Shown: positions 50,002 through 62,039, counted from the first letter of the whole stretch. The stretch: 63,599 bases of DNA, filler included, from Octopus bimaculoides (GCF_001194135.2; 6 parts of 6 records of this genome joined end to end with filler, not necessarily neighbours in it), one strand, 5' to 3'. Numbers and translations: made by a program. The notes: generated by a model not told the origin, from the sequence alone.

Positions 50002-50960
50002 TATATTCTCCAAGTTTTCTCTCTGCATAATGTATTTTCTATCATTGAGCTGCCACATCAGAATGTTGTTTTATTAGAGATACTAAGATACACCAGTTGT
50101 AAAATATATTATCTTTGTTAATACGACTAAATAATCCGCAGACAAATCATTGATTCTATCATTATATTGACTGTATTAAGTCAGTAATGTGACATCCTAA
50201 TATTCTTGTTATTTAATGTCCCATCACGGACTTATCATTGAGATGGACGTATTAAATATGTAATATATACTCATTAAAATCTACAATATGGTATCTGCTC
50301 AAACATATCACGGTTCATTTAAGCTGACATATATTAAGTTATAAATTCACTCATTATTGTATATCACTGATGTGCCACAAAAGGAAGGCAGTGTGATAGT
50401 ATAACATGTACTGAAAACTTTAGTTAGTTCCATTCCCGTTCATAATTCTAAGTTAACTTCTAGACATTTAAGTCATAACACAGGGCTCCATAAATTACCT
50501 TTTCAATTTGAAAATTTAGAAAAACTAAAAATAACTGCAACTCAGCAGGAGGCGTGTAACGAATTGGGTACACGTGGAAGCATTCTGATGTTTCCAATAA
50601 AAGTTTGTTTGGCTCTGTTTTCCAATAAGCTCTGCCGAGTTTTCCTCATTATACTTTTCTGAATTTTTCAAATTCTAAAGTTAAATTCACGGACAAGTAT
50701 TATTCCAATCTGAGAAATACTGATATAAGCTTCATTCGACCTTTCTCCTACCTCAGTATATATCTTAATAAAGTAATCGTGTATTTTCCTGGCCCCACAT
50801 ATCCCTGTAATACAGCTGATTTTAATCATTAACCGATTGGAAATTTTTGTGCAGAGGAGAAACAATTTTAAAAATGATTACAAAATATGTCCGTGTATAT
50901 TCGTTATGACACCATTAAGTTTTAAATATTCAATACATGTAAGTGAAACCATCATCAGCG

Positions 50961-51195
50961 GTTTCGCTTCCTGTTAAATAGAACGATGATCTGTAACATG
51001 TAGTACATTGTATTCACAATTGAGTCAAATAGTTATATCGGATATCAGCTGATATGTCGGGAAGAAATGGCAGACGGCTGAGAAATGCAAGCATATCAAA
51101 CAGGGTGACACTTCTATCTGCATAATCATAATCAGGTATACAACCACTATTAAATATATCGCTTATGTATTACCTACGGATTAACTAACGCAAAA
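50961..51195 (+). mobile_element. Internal region of the MITE at 51548-51883, in opposite orientation, lacking its TIRs
   Basis: Reverse-complement match of about 235 bp to 51601-51835. Confidence 0.8.
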
Positions 51196-51547
51196 GTATT
51201 TTTGAAACATTGAAATATTCCTGTAATGACAAGGAGAAAATCAAATTATAATCGGTACACATTAGGGACTCCCGAAGAATAAGGAAGATAATTTCATAAA
51301 AAAAAAAAATTATTTGCTAAAGAACAGTTTGATGTATGACTAAAGACAGGATACACCAAAAGGCTAGGTTTCGATGTACATGACATCAGGCTGCTTTTGT
51401 TCATCAGAAATACAGGATTTACTGAATAAACTTATACAGAGATAAAAAGAAAAGTCTATACACCAATGTAGTGTAGAGTGGTCATTCTCATCGTTCCACG
51501 TCTGGTCTTTTTGTCATTAAAAACTGTTTCAATTATGTGTATATATA

Positions 51548-51883
51548 TCTGTAAAAATATGTCACACTTATTCAGTAGCCATGATAAAACTCCGAGTTTC
51601 GGATGCGTAACTTATTCCGTAGGTAACACATTAGCGATATATTTAATAGTGGTTGTATACCTAATTATGATTACGCAGATATCAGTGTAACCCTATTTGA
51701 CATGCTTGCATTTCTCAGCCGTCAGCCATTTCTCCCCGACATATCAGCTGATACCCGATATAACAATTTGACTCAATTGTGAATACAATGTACTACATGA
51801 TACAGATTATCGTTCTATTTAACAGGAAGCGAAACTCGGAGTTTTATCATGGCTACTGAATGGGTGTCACATATTTTTACAGA
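51548..51883. mobile_element. 336-bp MITE with about 53-bp TIRs and TA TSD (Tc1/mariner-type)
   Basis: TA|tctgtaaaaatatgtcacacttattcagtagccatgataaaactccgagtttc ... gaaactcggagttttatcatggctactgaatgggtgtcacatatttttacaga|TA. Confidence 0.85.
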
Positions 51884-51942
51884 TAAATTCCTCTATTTGC
51901 ATAATATTGAGGTCTCTTTCTTTCTTTTGTTGTCCTTCCTCT

Positions 51943-51992
<50 letters not shown>

Positions 51993-52063
51993 TACTTCGA
52001 AATGGAAGCATCGTAATCAATTAAATAATGCATGCATATATGGGTACAGAATGTCAACAACGC

Positions 52064-52163
52064 NNNNNNNNNNNNNNNNNNNNNNNNNNNNNNNNNNNNN
52101 NNNNNNNTTAATTAATTAANNNNNNNNNNNNNNNNNNNNNNNNNNNNNNNNNNNNNNNNNNNN
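52064..52163. other. Artificial 100-bp scaffold spacer
   Basis: 44 N + TTAATTAATTAA (52108-52119) + 44 N. Confidence 0.95.
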
Positions 52164-52354
52164 GAAATAAGGCTCTAAATAGAGCTATTTCCGATTTGAA
52201 AAATATATGTTCACGAAGTATTTTGTGTTATACACAACTTATACAAAATTTTAAAACAAAATAGGTCTTTTAAGAGGTGAAAAATGCAACTTACATGGGA
52301 GCCGATGTGTCTACCGTCCGTCCATGATGATAGATAGATAGATAGATAGATAGA

Positions 52355-52680
52355 TACAACCCTCTTAAGTACGAAATAGCCCGGCTATGGAAAATGAAGA
52401 AGGTAAAGATAGTGCCAATTATTGTTGGGTCATTGGGGACAGTATCAGAAGACATCAAGAGGAATATAAAAGAAATTGGAATAGAGTGCTCAGTAGAACT
52501 GTTACAAAAGGTTTGCCTCCTTGGCACGGCCAGAATAATCAGGAAAGTATTAGAAAGCTGAAAAGAACGGATAGCATGGCACTGTAGGCTACAGGTAGTA
52601 AGCCCGCTGCGCATACAAGACTCCAGGAGCTCCAACAAAACCTATGATAAAGAGAAAATATAAATAATAATAATGGTAAT
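52355..52680 (+). mobile_element. R4/Dong-type non-LTR element 3' end (restriction-like endonuclease C-terminus) followed by (TAA)n
   Basis: YNPLKYEIARLWKMKKVKIVPIIVGSLGTVS...LLQKVCLLGTARIIRKVLES*. Confidence 0.8.
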
Positions 52681-52714
52681 AATGATTTCAAATCTTTGCT
52701 GCTAGGGCAGCTTG

Positions 52715-52895
52715 AGGAGGAGATTAAGTCGATTACATTGACCCCCAGTACGTAACTGGTACTTATTTAATCGACCCCGAAAGGATGAAAGGCAAAGTCG
52801 ACCTCAGTGGAATTTGAACTCAGAACGTAGCGATGGACGAAATACCGCTAAGCATTTCGTCCAACGTGCTGACGATTCTGCCATATCGCCGCTTT
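52715..52895 (-). mobile_element. SINE family B
   Basis: Reverse-complement family motif. Confidence 0.85.
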
Positions 52896-52914
52896 AAATA
52901 ATAATAATAATAAT

Positions 52915-53806
52915 TGTAAGAACGACCGTGCGAACCCAAAAGGAGGAATGGTGACGAATGGAAAAACAGGGCTCCTTTTATTAAACGCGTCACACGGTCG
53001 AACACAAAATATATCAAATGATATATATGTTATACTTCGATAACATAGAGAATTCGTAAATGCCAGTAAGTAAGACGATAGGAACACAACCGCATGAGAT
53101 GAATAACAGTAAGATTTATTGTAGCATTAAATTGTATGTCTGTGTGTGAGTGAATGCGACATAATAAAACACATTAGAAGACAGGCCGTCATGTAAACAA
53201 AAGTGTGTGTGCGAGGAATACATGTATGTGTATGCGTGAGATACAGCGGATAGAAAGGAGTCAGTAACACGTATAAGAATTTAAGATACCAGTTCATAGA
53301 GTAGACAGTGGTAAGTATCTGTATATAAGAAGTTAAGGCGTGTGGGGCAGAGCGATCACTAGTTGTGATGTTGTGGCTTCTATGCCAAGCCGGGTTCTTG
53401 AGTACAGATGTTCTTCGCAGGCNNNNNNNNNNGTAGTTCGTACGATGATGTTGATGTCGTCGCTGGAAACTGATTGCTGCTGTGTTACGCGTGTGTGGTC
53501 AACGCCAGCCAGATCTAGGATCTGAGGCGCGACGAATTGGCGGGTATAACTTAGGCTATTTATAAGAAAATAGGGGCTCCAGGAAAGCATTAGAAAAAAC
53601 ACTATCACGTGACCTTATTAAGGGCTGTGGTTGGTCGATTTGCGTTCTGGCGGGAACGGTACGAGGCAGTTGCCGCTTCAAATAATAATCAGTCACGTGA
53701 TGGATATAGTAGGCTGCTCTCTACTACGCCCGCACTTGATTATATTTATAACAGCGGGGAAGATGGTTTGTTTGTATATAATGGCGATCGAGGTAGTTTC
53801 ACTACA
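52915..53806 (-). mobile_element. Solo LTR with 4-bp TSD (TAAT)
   Basis: taat|TGTAAG...CTACA|taat; paralogue of 40411-41375; AATAAA on minus strand near 52980. Confidence 0.85.
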
Positions 53807-53813
53807 TAATAAT

Positions 53814-53847
<34 letters not shown>

Positions 53848-53874
53848 TATCTAAATATTAACAACAAACATTAA

Positions 53875-54090
53875 GACAACAAGCTGGCAGAATCGCTAGC
53901 ACGCTGGGCAAAAACGCTTGCAACATTTCGTCCGTCTTTTCGTTCTGAACTCAAATTCCGCCAAGATCGACTTTGGCTTTCATCTTTTCGGGGTCGATAA
54001 AAAAATACATGAGCACTGGGGTTGATGTAATTGAGTTGCCCCCTCCCTCGAATTTGCTGGCCTTTCACCAAAAATTTGATACCAATATTT
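53875..54090 (+). mobile_element. SINE family B
   Basis: aagctggcagaatcgctagc...tcaaattccgccaagatcgacttt...cggggtcgataa. Confidence 0.8.
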
Positions 54091-54315
54091 AGCTTCATTG
54101 TCAGTTGTTTATACTGCCGACTAAACACCAGAGTACTTTGAGTGCATTCCAGTTAAATCACCGATATAAATTTAAATACATATAAATTCCCGCGCGGAAG
54201 TCTAAGCATGTTTTCTTTGTTCAACTCTGTATGTCTTTTGTGTGTGTTGTTTTGTTATTTACGTTTCAATATGTATATGTTCTAGACACAGTAAAATTAG
54301 TTGTTATTTGCTTAC

Positions 54316-54416
54316 AGCCATACCACACTGTTAAAGTTAAATGAGGTTGTCGTCTGCCTGTCGTTCAAGTTGAGCTGGTCAATGAAGAGATATTTCGTTG
54401 GCTGCGTGAACAATAA
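54316..54416 (-). other. Candidate 101-bp exon (LLFTQPTKYLFIDQLNLNDRQTTTSFNFNSVVW)
   Basis: Minus strand ttgtttcag acceptor and gtaagc donor, one open frame, inside unique CpG-retaining sequence. Confidence 0.2.
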
Positions 54417-55249
54417 CTGAAACAACGCGCGAATATTTAACTGTTTATTGCCAGACATAAAAATTTGCTGACCGAGAAAGAGACAAACTATTTTGAAATT
54501 ATTGAAAGCTATGTGTGTAACAATATACGGTTGGCCTCAAAATATTCGAAGCCAGCCGCGCAAATCTCTGTAGTGACAGAGGTTCTTGGTTACCCTTAGC
54601 CGTCTGCTCTCTAAACTGCACGCCAAACGGTTTTTATAGGAGATTGGAAGCTAAATTCTAGAACGTTCGAGAAAACCATACCATGCTACAGCCTTACACT
54701 AATTGGTCGATCACGTGAAACTGTAGATGTTCCATCGTAGTGTCTGACCAATAATCTAGCCGCTGGAGTTTCGAATCAACTTTACAAGATTATTAATTAC
54801 ACCGCTATTTTTGGGGGGCGTGGGGGAGTTTATCATCTGAACTAAAGAAAATATTGTCCCCGTCACTACTTTTACAAATTACACCTATGCATACAAATAC
54901 ATCTTTACCACCAAATCACTACGAATATGCTAACTTTAAGACATTATTTTAAAGATCTTTGGTTTTTGGCACATATATCCGCTTAAGGAAAAAAGACAAT
55001 CCGGAAAAATGCAAAAATAGACTTTGGTATCCAGAGTAAGTGGGACGAATATGTAAACGCTTAAAAGTCACTAACTAAATAATCTGTTAAATAACCATTA
55101 GGGATCTTGGTGAATTTCTTCCAAACACTTGAATTTTTTAAATTTTCACCAGATTATTTTCAAAAAATGTAGTTCTGGTGTAGTCTTGCTTGCTGATGAG
55201 GAAAATAGCATCGCGATTTATTTTATTATTTCTTTTAGAACTGTCTGTC

Positions 55250-55930
55250 CTCCGAATTTTCCCCTACTCAGCTAGAGGTGGGTACAAAGCTAGGTTGTGG
55301 GGTTGCTGTTCATGCCACTAGATCTTTCACCAACATGCCTTCTGAGTTCCCAAAGGTCATTCTCAAACTAGACCCCAGGAATGCCTTCAATCCATCAGTC
55401 GAGATATCATCCTCTGTGCAGTAAGGGAGAACGCCCCGCAGCTTTATCACTTTGCTTGGCAAGCCTATCGGAAGCCCCCCTACCTCTCCTTTGGTGACCA
55501 CCCTATCCCATCTGCCTCTAAAGTCCGACAGAGTGACCCACTTGGACCGGCTCTATTTGCACTGGTATTGACGATGTTACCAAGATGGAGACTGACCTGC
55601 ACTTGAATGTCTGGTATCTTGATGATGCTTGTTTGGGGAGTCCTCCTGATAAGGTTTTTGCAATTGCGAGGACGATGATTGAGGAACTTGACCATAAGGG
55701 TCTCAGCGTTAACAGTTCCGAATGCGAGCTCTGGCTCTTCAACCATCAAGCTTCACATCAGCAGACTGTAAACCTGTTTACAGACTCTTTTCCCTCTATC
55801 GCGTTTTCACCTTCATCAGCATGCTCTCTCTTGGATCCCCAATTACTGACCGAGCTTTCGAGTCCTTCTTTCAATCCAGGATGGCTAACCTTAAGCAATT
55901 TTTAAAAAGCCTTGTGGTAATTGAACCCTG
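55250..55930 (+). mobile_element. CRE-clade non-LTR retrotransposon RT fragment
   Basis: PTQLEVGT..GCGVAVHATRSF, LKLDPRNAFN, PQLYHFAWQAY..P.YLSFG, VRQSDPLGPALF, LNVWYLDDA, GLSVNSSECEL; frameshifts. Confidence 0.75.
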
Positions 55931-55979
55931 CCAGGTTTTTGTTTTTTTATACTTGTGAATTACTAGTCGATTCCTGAGT

Positions 55980-57060
55980 TATTGTATTATAGATTATCCT
56001 CAAATTTGTTATGCTCTAGCACATGATCTGTTTGGATTCGGAAATCCCAGAGGATTTTGCATGTCTCCGACTTTTCCACTCTCTGCGGTTTGTACTCATA
56101 CCGCGTCTTGCCTCTCTCTTTAACCCCCACGTTTTGCATAGTTTCCAATGTAGCACTTTCGTTACCTAGTTGTGTTGCCACAACTTGTAGTGGTTTTTGG
56201 AAAGTCTAGGGCATTCATTCGTGATATGGGCAATGGTTTTATCAACTGTGTTGCAGATACGGCACAGCGGAGACACTTGCTTATTCCTCAGGTTGATCCT
56301 CCGGTTCGTGGTCAGAGCTTGGTCCTGCGCTGCCAGTATAGTGCTCTCGTTCTATTTTTTTAGGGTTCTTTTCATCAGTCACATACTTTTTCCAGCTAGA
56401 TATCTCATTAAACTTTCGAGTTCGATGGGCACACAGTCTTCCACACTTATCAGTCCCCTTCCTCCATTTGCTCTCTTCATGTATAGGCGATCAGTGTCTT
56501 CACGTGGATGATGGGCTCCAAGCATCGTTAGGAGCTTTCTTGATTTTCTGTCCATCTCCTTTTGCTCCTTGTTTGTCCACTTAAGGATTCCAGCGCCATG
56601 CCGAACTACTGCGACTGCGAGCGTGTTTATTGCCGAAATCATGCTTCTGGCATTCAGCTTTGAAGCCAATATTTTCCTCGTTCGCCGCAGGTACTCTCGT
56701 TTTGTTTTTTATTTCATGTCGTGGTGTTTGATTCCATCTGCCTCAAGTATTCCCAGGTATTTATAGCAGGATTGAGGTTGAATTGCCTTCATCATTTCAC
56801 CACTTGGCAACCATATGCCTTCTGTCCTGGCAAGCCTTCCTCGTCTCATCACCATCGTAACCATCGTAACACATTTTGAGAGTCCAAACACCATCTTAAT
56901 GTCATTTGAGAAAATCCTCACAGACTGGACTAGGCATTCCAGTTTTGGCTCAGTTTTTGTGAATAGCTTCAGCTCGTCCCTGAATAGCAAATGGTTTAGT
57001 TTTCCCTTACCTCTTCCCAGATCATACCCCAACTGTGTTTTCTGCAGTATTTCATTCAAA
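55980..57060 (-). mobile_element. R4/Dong-type non-LTR element: RT C-terminus and CCHC finger, decayed
   Basis: LNHLLFRDELKLF, FGLSKC, YKYLGILE, AINTLAVAV, DRLYMKRANGGRGLISVEDC, CRICNTVDKTIAHITNEC, KILWDFRIQTD. Confidence 0.85.
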
Positions 57061-57061
57061 G

Positions 57062-57062
<1 letters not shown>

Positions 57063-57101
<39 letters not shown>

Positions 57102-57127
57102 TATTATTATTATTATTGTTATTATTA

Positions 57128-57204
<77 letters not shown>
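57063..57204. repeat. (AAT)n switching to (ATT)n microsatellite
   Basis: Direct reading; strand switch at about 57100. Confidence 0.95.
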
Positions 57205-57206
<2 letters not shown>

Positions 57207-57960
57207 AACGACAAACTGGCAGAATCATTAGTATGCCGGGCGAAATGCTTAGCGGTATTTCGTCTGCTGCTGCGTTCTGAGTTCAAATTCCGCCAAGGTC
57301 GACTTTGCCTTTCATCCTTTCGGGGTCGATAAATTAAGTACCAGTGAAACACTGGGGTCGAAGTTTCAGGTCTTGTGCCTATAGTAGAAAAGATTATTAT
57401 TATTATTAGTAGTAGTAGTATTAGTACCAGCCATGTATGGGGTTCGATGTGATCGATTGTCCCCCTCCCCCAAACAATTCAGGCATTATGCCTGTAGTAG
57501 AAATGATTATTATTATTATTATTATGATTATTATTATTATTATAAGATGACAAGCTGGCAGAATCATTAGCAGTGCGGGCAAAATGCTTAGCGGTGTTTG
57601 TCCGTCTCAGCGTTCTGGGTTCAAATTCCACCGAGACCAACATTGCCTTTCATCATTTCGAGATCGATAAAATAAATACTAGTTGAACATTGTGATCGAT
57701 GTAATCGACTTAACCCTTCCCACAAACTTGCTGGCCTTTTGTCAAAATTTGGAAGCAATATTTAGATTCACGAAGGCGGCGAACTTGCAAAATCGTTAGC
57801 ACACCAGACAAAATGCTTCGCAGCATTTCTTCCGGTTTTATATTCTGAGTTCGAATTCCATCGAGACCGATTGTGTCTTTCATCTTTTCGGGGTCGATAA
57901 AATAAGTACCAGTTGAACACTAGGGTCAAAGTAATCGACTAGCCCTCTCCTCCAAAATAT
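57205..57960 (+). mobile_element. Cluster of three or more head-to-tail SINE family B copies separated by (TTA)n
   Basis: Heads at about 57205, 57545 and 57773. Confidence 0.85.
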
Positions 57961-57999
57961 CAGTAGAAAAGGTTAATAACAGAAACTAATATCTAAGGA

Positions 58000-58140
58000 T
58001 CTCCGTCGGTTTCGACAATGAGGTTTCAATAGTTGAATCAACTAAATTACCTGGTCATTAAATAAGCGTGTAAACGACTGAATATTCCACAGACACATGT
58101 ACCCTTAACATAATTATCAGGCAAAATCAACGAATGACAC
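58000..58140 (-). mobile_element. SINE family C 3' fragment, degenerate
   Basis: ctccgtcggtttcgacaatgagg...ccacagacacatgtacccttaac. Confidence 0.65.
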
Positions 58141-58754
58141 ATTGTGCGGAAAGGTTGTTCTAAAGGTTACACTTCTGAGTTACATGTTCCTGTGAGCTTC
58201 TGCACAATTTCTGTCAACCCAGTTTCACTCAGAAGGTGACTCGAAGAAATTGTAGAAATCAATTGTCTAAGAGGGCTGGGTTGCTCTTTTTTTTTTTTTT
58301 TTTTTTTTTTTTGCGTGTTGGCTTTTGCAAATCGATCTGAGGTTTGGAGTGATCGAAAAACAGATTGCCAGACTTTTGCTAATGGTACACATAAAAAAGG
58401 GGATGGGGAAATCACATAAAAAGTGAATCATAAATAAGCAGAGAAAGACTGTTCAACAGCAGAACTGTTTTCACTGACCTTGTCAATGCGAAGACACATA
58501 AAGGAAAAATGGGAACCTTTTAACTCGTATTAAAGATGCGTTACTTGATGTCTGTTGTACTAATATCGTTGGAATGAGTTTGTTGTAAGCTTTGTCTAAT
58601 AACTACTCAACGTCAAATAAATATTTAAACATGATTCATTACCATCACACAACTCATAAAATGTTCATACGTTACTAATATAACCGTTGACTCAGCGAAA
58701 TGAAAATAGCATAATTCGATAGGAGTGGCTATGTGGTATGTAGCTTGCTTACCG

Positions 58755-60030
58755 TCTCTTTGTTAGACGCGTTTTTGTTTGTCGGTGGGCCGGAAGTTTT
58801 GTTGGAGCTTTGATTTTTTTTTTTTTTTTTTTNNNNNNNNNNNNNNNNNNNNNNNNNNNNNNNNNNNNNNNNNNNNNNNNNNNNNNNNNNNNNNNNNNNN
58901 NNNNNNNNNNNNNNNNNNNNNNNNNNNNNNNNNNNNNNNNNNNNNNNNNNNNNNNNNNNNNNNNNNNNNNNNNNNNNNNNNNNNNNNNNNNNNNNNNNNN
59001 NNNNNNNNNNNNNNNNNNNNNNNNNNNNNNNNNNNNNNNNNNNNNNNNNNNNNNNNNNNNNNNNNNNNNNNNNNNNNNNNNNNNNNNNNNNNNNNNNNNN
59101 NNNNNNNNNNNNNNNNNNNNNNNNNNNNNNNNNNNNNNNNNNNNNNNNNNNNNNNNNNNNNNNNNNNNNNNNNNNNNNNNNNNNNNNNNNNNNNNNNNNN
59201 NNNNNNNNNNNNNNNNNNNNNNNNNNNNNNNNNNNNNNNNNNNNNNNNNNNNNNNNNNNNNNNNNNNNNNNNNNNNNNNNNNNNNNNNNNNNNNNNNNNN
59301 NNNNNNNNNNNNNNNNNNNNNNNNNNNNNNNNNNNNNNNNNNNNNNNNNNNNNNNNNNNNNNNNNNNNNNNNNNNNNNNNNNNNNNNNNNNNNNNNNNNN
59401 NNNNNNNNNNNNNNNNNNNNNNNNNNNNNNNNNNNNNNNNNNNNNNNNNNNNNNNNNNNNNNNNNNNNNNNNNNNNNNNNNNNNNNNNNNNNNNNNNNNN
59501 NNNNNNNNNNNNNNNNNNNNNNNNNNNNNNNNNNNNNNNNNNNNNNNNNNNNNNNNNNNNNNNNNNNNNNNNNNNNNNNNNNNNNNNNNNNNNNNNNNNN
59601 NNNNNNNNNNNNNNNNNNNNNNNNNNNNNNNNNNNNNNNNNNNNNNNNNNNNNNNTCAGGAAGACATCGAAATGCTGCCAGACAGAGTGCTCTTGGGCGA
59701 GGGCATTGTTCTCAAAATCCATGTCGAAGGGAAGAACCCGACGTGCTACGAATGTGAGAAAAAAGTCCACATTCGTGTAGACTGCGAAAAGTGGCAGAAA
59801 AAAGTGGCGCAGACACCCGGCCCTTCAACTGCTCAAAAAGACTTCAAACCCGCACACACATTAGCCCCCACAGAAACAAAACTTCCCACTCCTCCATCTG
59901 TGGTACCCGCCCTCTAACACGATACCCAAAACCCCCAGCCTATGCACACATCGGTCCCGACAACATCAAACACACCCACCCCCTCTAAAGTGGCACCAGA
60001 ACATGTAACTCCCCCGGATGACACCATGGA
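58755..60030 (+). mobile_element. Probable Tx1/L1-type LINE 5' region: putative 5' UTR, gap, ORF1 zinc knuckle
   Basis: LPDRVLLGEGIVLKIHVEGKNPT-CYECEKKVHIRVDC (CX2CX4HX4C at 59744-59785) followed by a P/T-rich linker; link to 58755-58832 across the gap is inferred. Confidence 0.6.
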
Positions 60031-60077
60031 TATCTAGTTTAAACAAGAATACAAATGTGCAATATTTGTATTCTTCT

Positions 60078-61035
60078 AAGGTGGAGCGAGCTGGCAGAAT
60101 CGTTAGCCCACTGGATAAAATGCTTAGCGGCATTTCATCTGTCTTTATGTCTTGAGTTCAAATTCTACCGAGATCTACTTTGCCATTCATCCTTTCGGGG
60201 TCGATAAAATAAGTACTAACTGAGCACTTGGGTCGATGTGATCGACTTACTCACTTCCCTGAAATTGCTAGCCTTGTGCCAAAATCTGAAACCAGTATTT
60301 ATCATCTCGGAATTTTAATGAAATATGTAAGACTGGTGTGAACGTGCTTAAGAACCTCACTTTGTAACCGTATGGTTTCGAGGCCAGTTCTGCTGCGCCG
60401 CATTTCGGGCAAGTATTTTTATTATAGTCCTGAGCCAACCAATGGCTTGTGAATGAATTTGGTAGACAGAAACTGTGTGGAAGCCTGTCGTGTGTGGATG
60501 TATGCATGTATGTAATTGTGTTTGTTCCACTACTTGACAACGGGTATTGTTTTATGTCCCTGTAGCTTAGTGATTTAACAAAAGAGACCGATAGAATAAG
60601 ACTTTAGAAAAAAGTACTGGAGTTGATTTGTTCGACTAGAGTTTTCAAAGCAGTGCCCCAGCATGGCCACAGTCCAATGACTGAAGCAAGTAAAAGATAC
60701 GTGTATATGTATACACAGTAGCAACTGAGACTGGGGTATTTTAAATCATCGACACTCACAAAGCTCATACATCGACGTGTACATTCATTCATATAATGTT
60801 TCTTATTTCTTTACTGCCCACAAGGGGCTACACACAGAGAGGACAAACAAGGACAGACAAACGGATTAAGTCGATTATATCAACCCCAGTGCGTAACTGG
60901 TACTTATTTAATCGACCCCGAAAGGATGACAAGCAAAGTCGACCTCGGAGAAATTTGAACTCAGAACGTAGCGGCAGATGAAATACCACTAAGAATTTCG
61001 TCCGGCGTGCTAACGTTTCTGCCAGCTCGTCACCT
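60078..61035. mobile_element. SINE cluster: family B (+, 60078-60295), family A (+, 60330-60700), family B (-, 60795-61035)
   Basis: Family motifs as above. Confidence 0.8.
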
Positions 61036-61112
61036 TATTCGTATAATGTTTCTGCACACTCGAACGTGGACATGGCTCTTCATTCTCCGATACTATGCTA
61101 TATATATATATA

Positions 61113-61212
61113 NNNNNNNNNNNNNNNNNNNNNNNNNNNNNNNNNNNNNNNNNNNNTTAATTAATTAANNNNNNNNNNNNNNNNNNNNNNNNNNNNNNNN
61201 NNNNNNNNNNNN
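61113..61212. other. Artificial 100-bp scaffold spacer
   Basis: 44 N + TTAATTAATTAA (61157-61168) + 44 N. Confidence 0.95.
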
Positions 61213-61394
61213 ATATATATATATATATATATACATATATATATACTCACATACACACACATGCTCATGTTTTAAATTCCTTTGTATATTATTATATACA
61301 CACATACACACATAAGTAGGGGAACATGCTCACATACATACTCATCCAAGATCCATATAACACAATGAACCATTGCCATATATCCGGCACCTCA

Positions 61395-61705
61395 CCTCAC
61401 TAAGATGACCACCACCACCATAATCATTACAACTAACATCACCAGCACCATCAGCATTCTCACCACAACCATCATTACAGCAACAATGGCCATGTCACCA
61501 CTACCATCACCACAACTACCACCACTATTACCACCTTTATTACAACTACAACCGACCATCACCACCACCACCACCACCACCACCATCACCGCCACCACCA
61601 AGACCACCGCCACTAGAGTCATCACCATAATCACAACTACATTGACCACCACCACCACCACCTCCACCACCATCACATATACGGTAACCACTACAAAGCA
61701 CCAAT
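61395..61705 (+). repeat. Cryptic (CAC/CAT/ACC)n low-complexity tract
   Basis: Trinucleotide-periodic; produces poly-Thr and poly-Val ORFs. Confidence 0.9.
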
Positions 61706-61752
61706 AAAAATGTATTAATACGTAAGATGTGCAATCTGGCTGCAATTCACAG

Positions 61753-61836
61753 GTTGTGCTCGATCGACTGCATTTGCTGCTTTCTGCTAGATCTCTTTGA
61801 TGCAATAATGCAGCATGCACATTGGCTATTGCAGTT
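61753..61836 (+). other. Candidate 84-bp phase-symmetric exon (LCSIDCICCFLLDLFDAIMQHAHWLLQ)
   Basis: ttcacag acceptor, gtaagt donor, one open frame; unique island among microsatellites. Confidence 0.2.
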
Positions 61837-62039
61837 GTAAGTGTACACATGCACACACTCACATACACATACATACTCAGAGATGTGCATACGTACATGT
61901 ATTTATACATATAACCTGCATATATATACTTATGTATGTACCTGCAACTAAAACCGTTGTTGCATATTGGTTATTGCAGATCTAAAAGCTCACATGCAAC
62001 CAACATATGCAGATGCACATTTCTGCACACATGCATAAA

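Noticed and set aside
61392-61910. Thr-rich mucin-like or Val/Gly-rich ORFs
   Set aside because: Products of a cryptic trinucleotide tract open in several frames; no splice or signal context.
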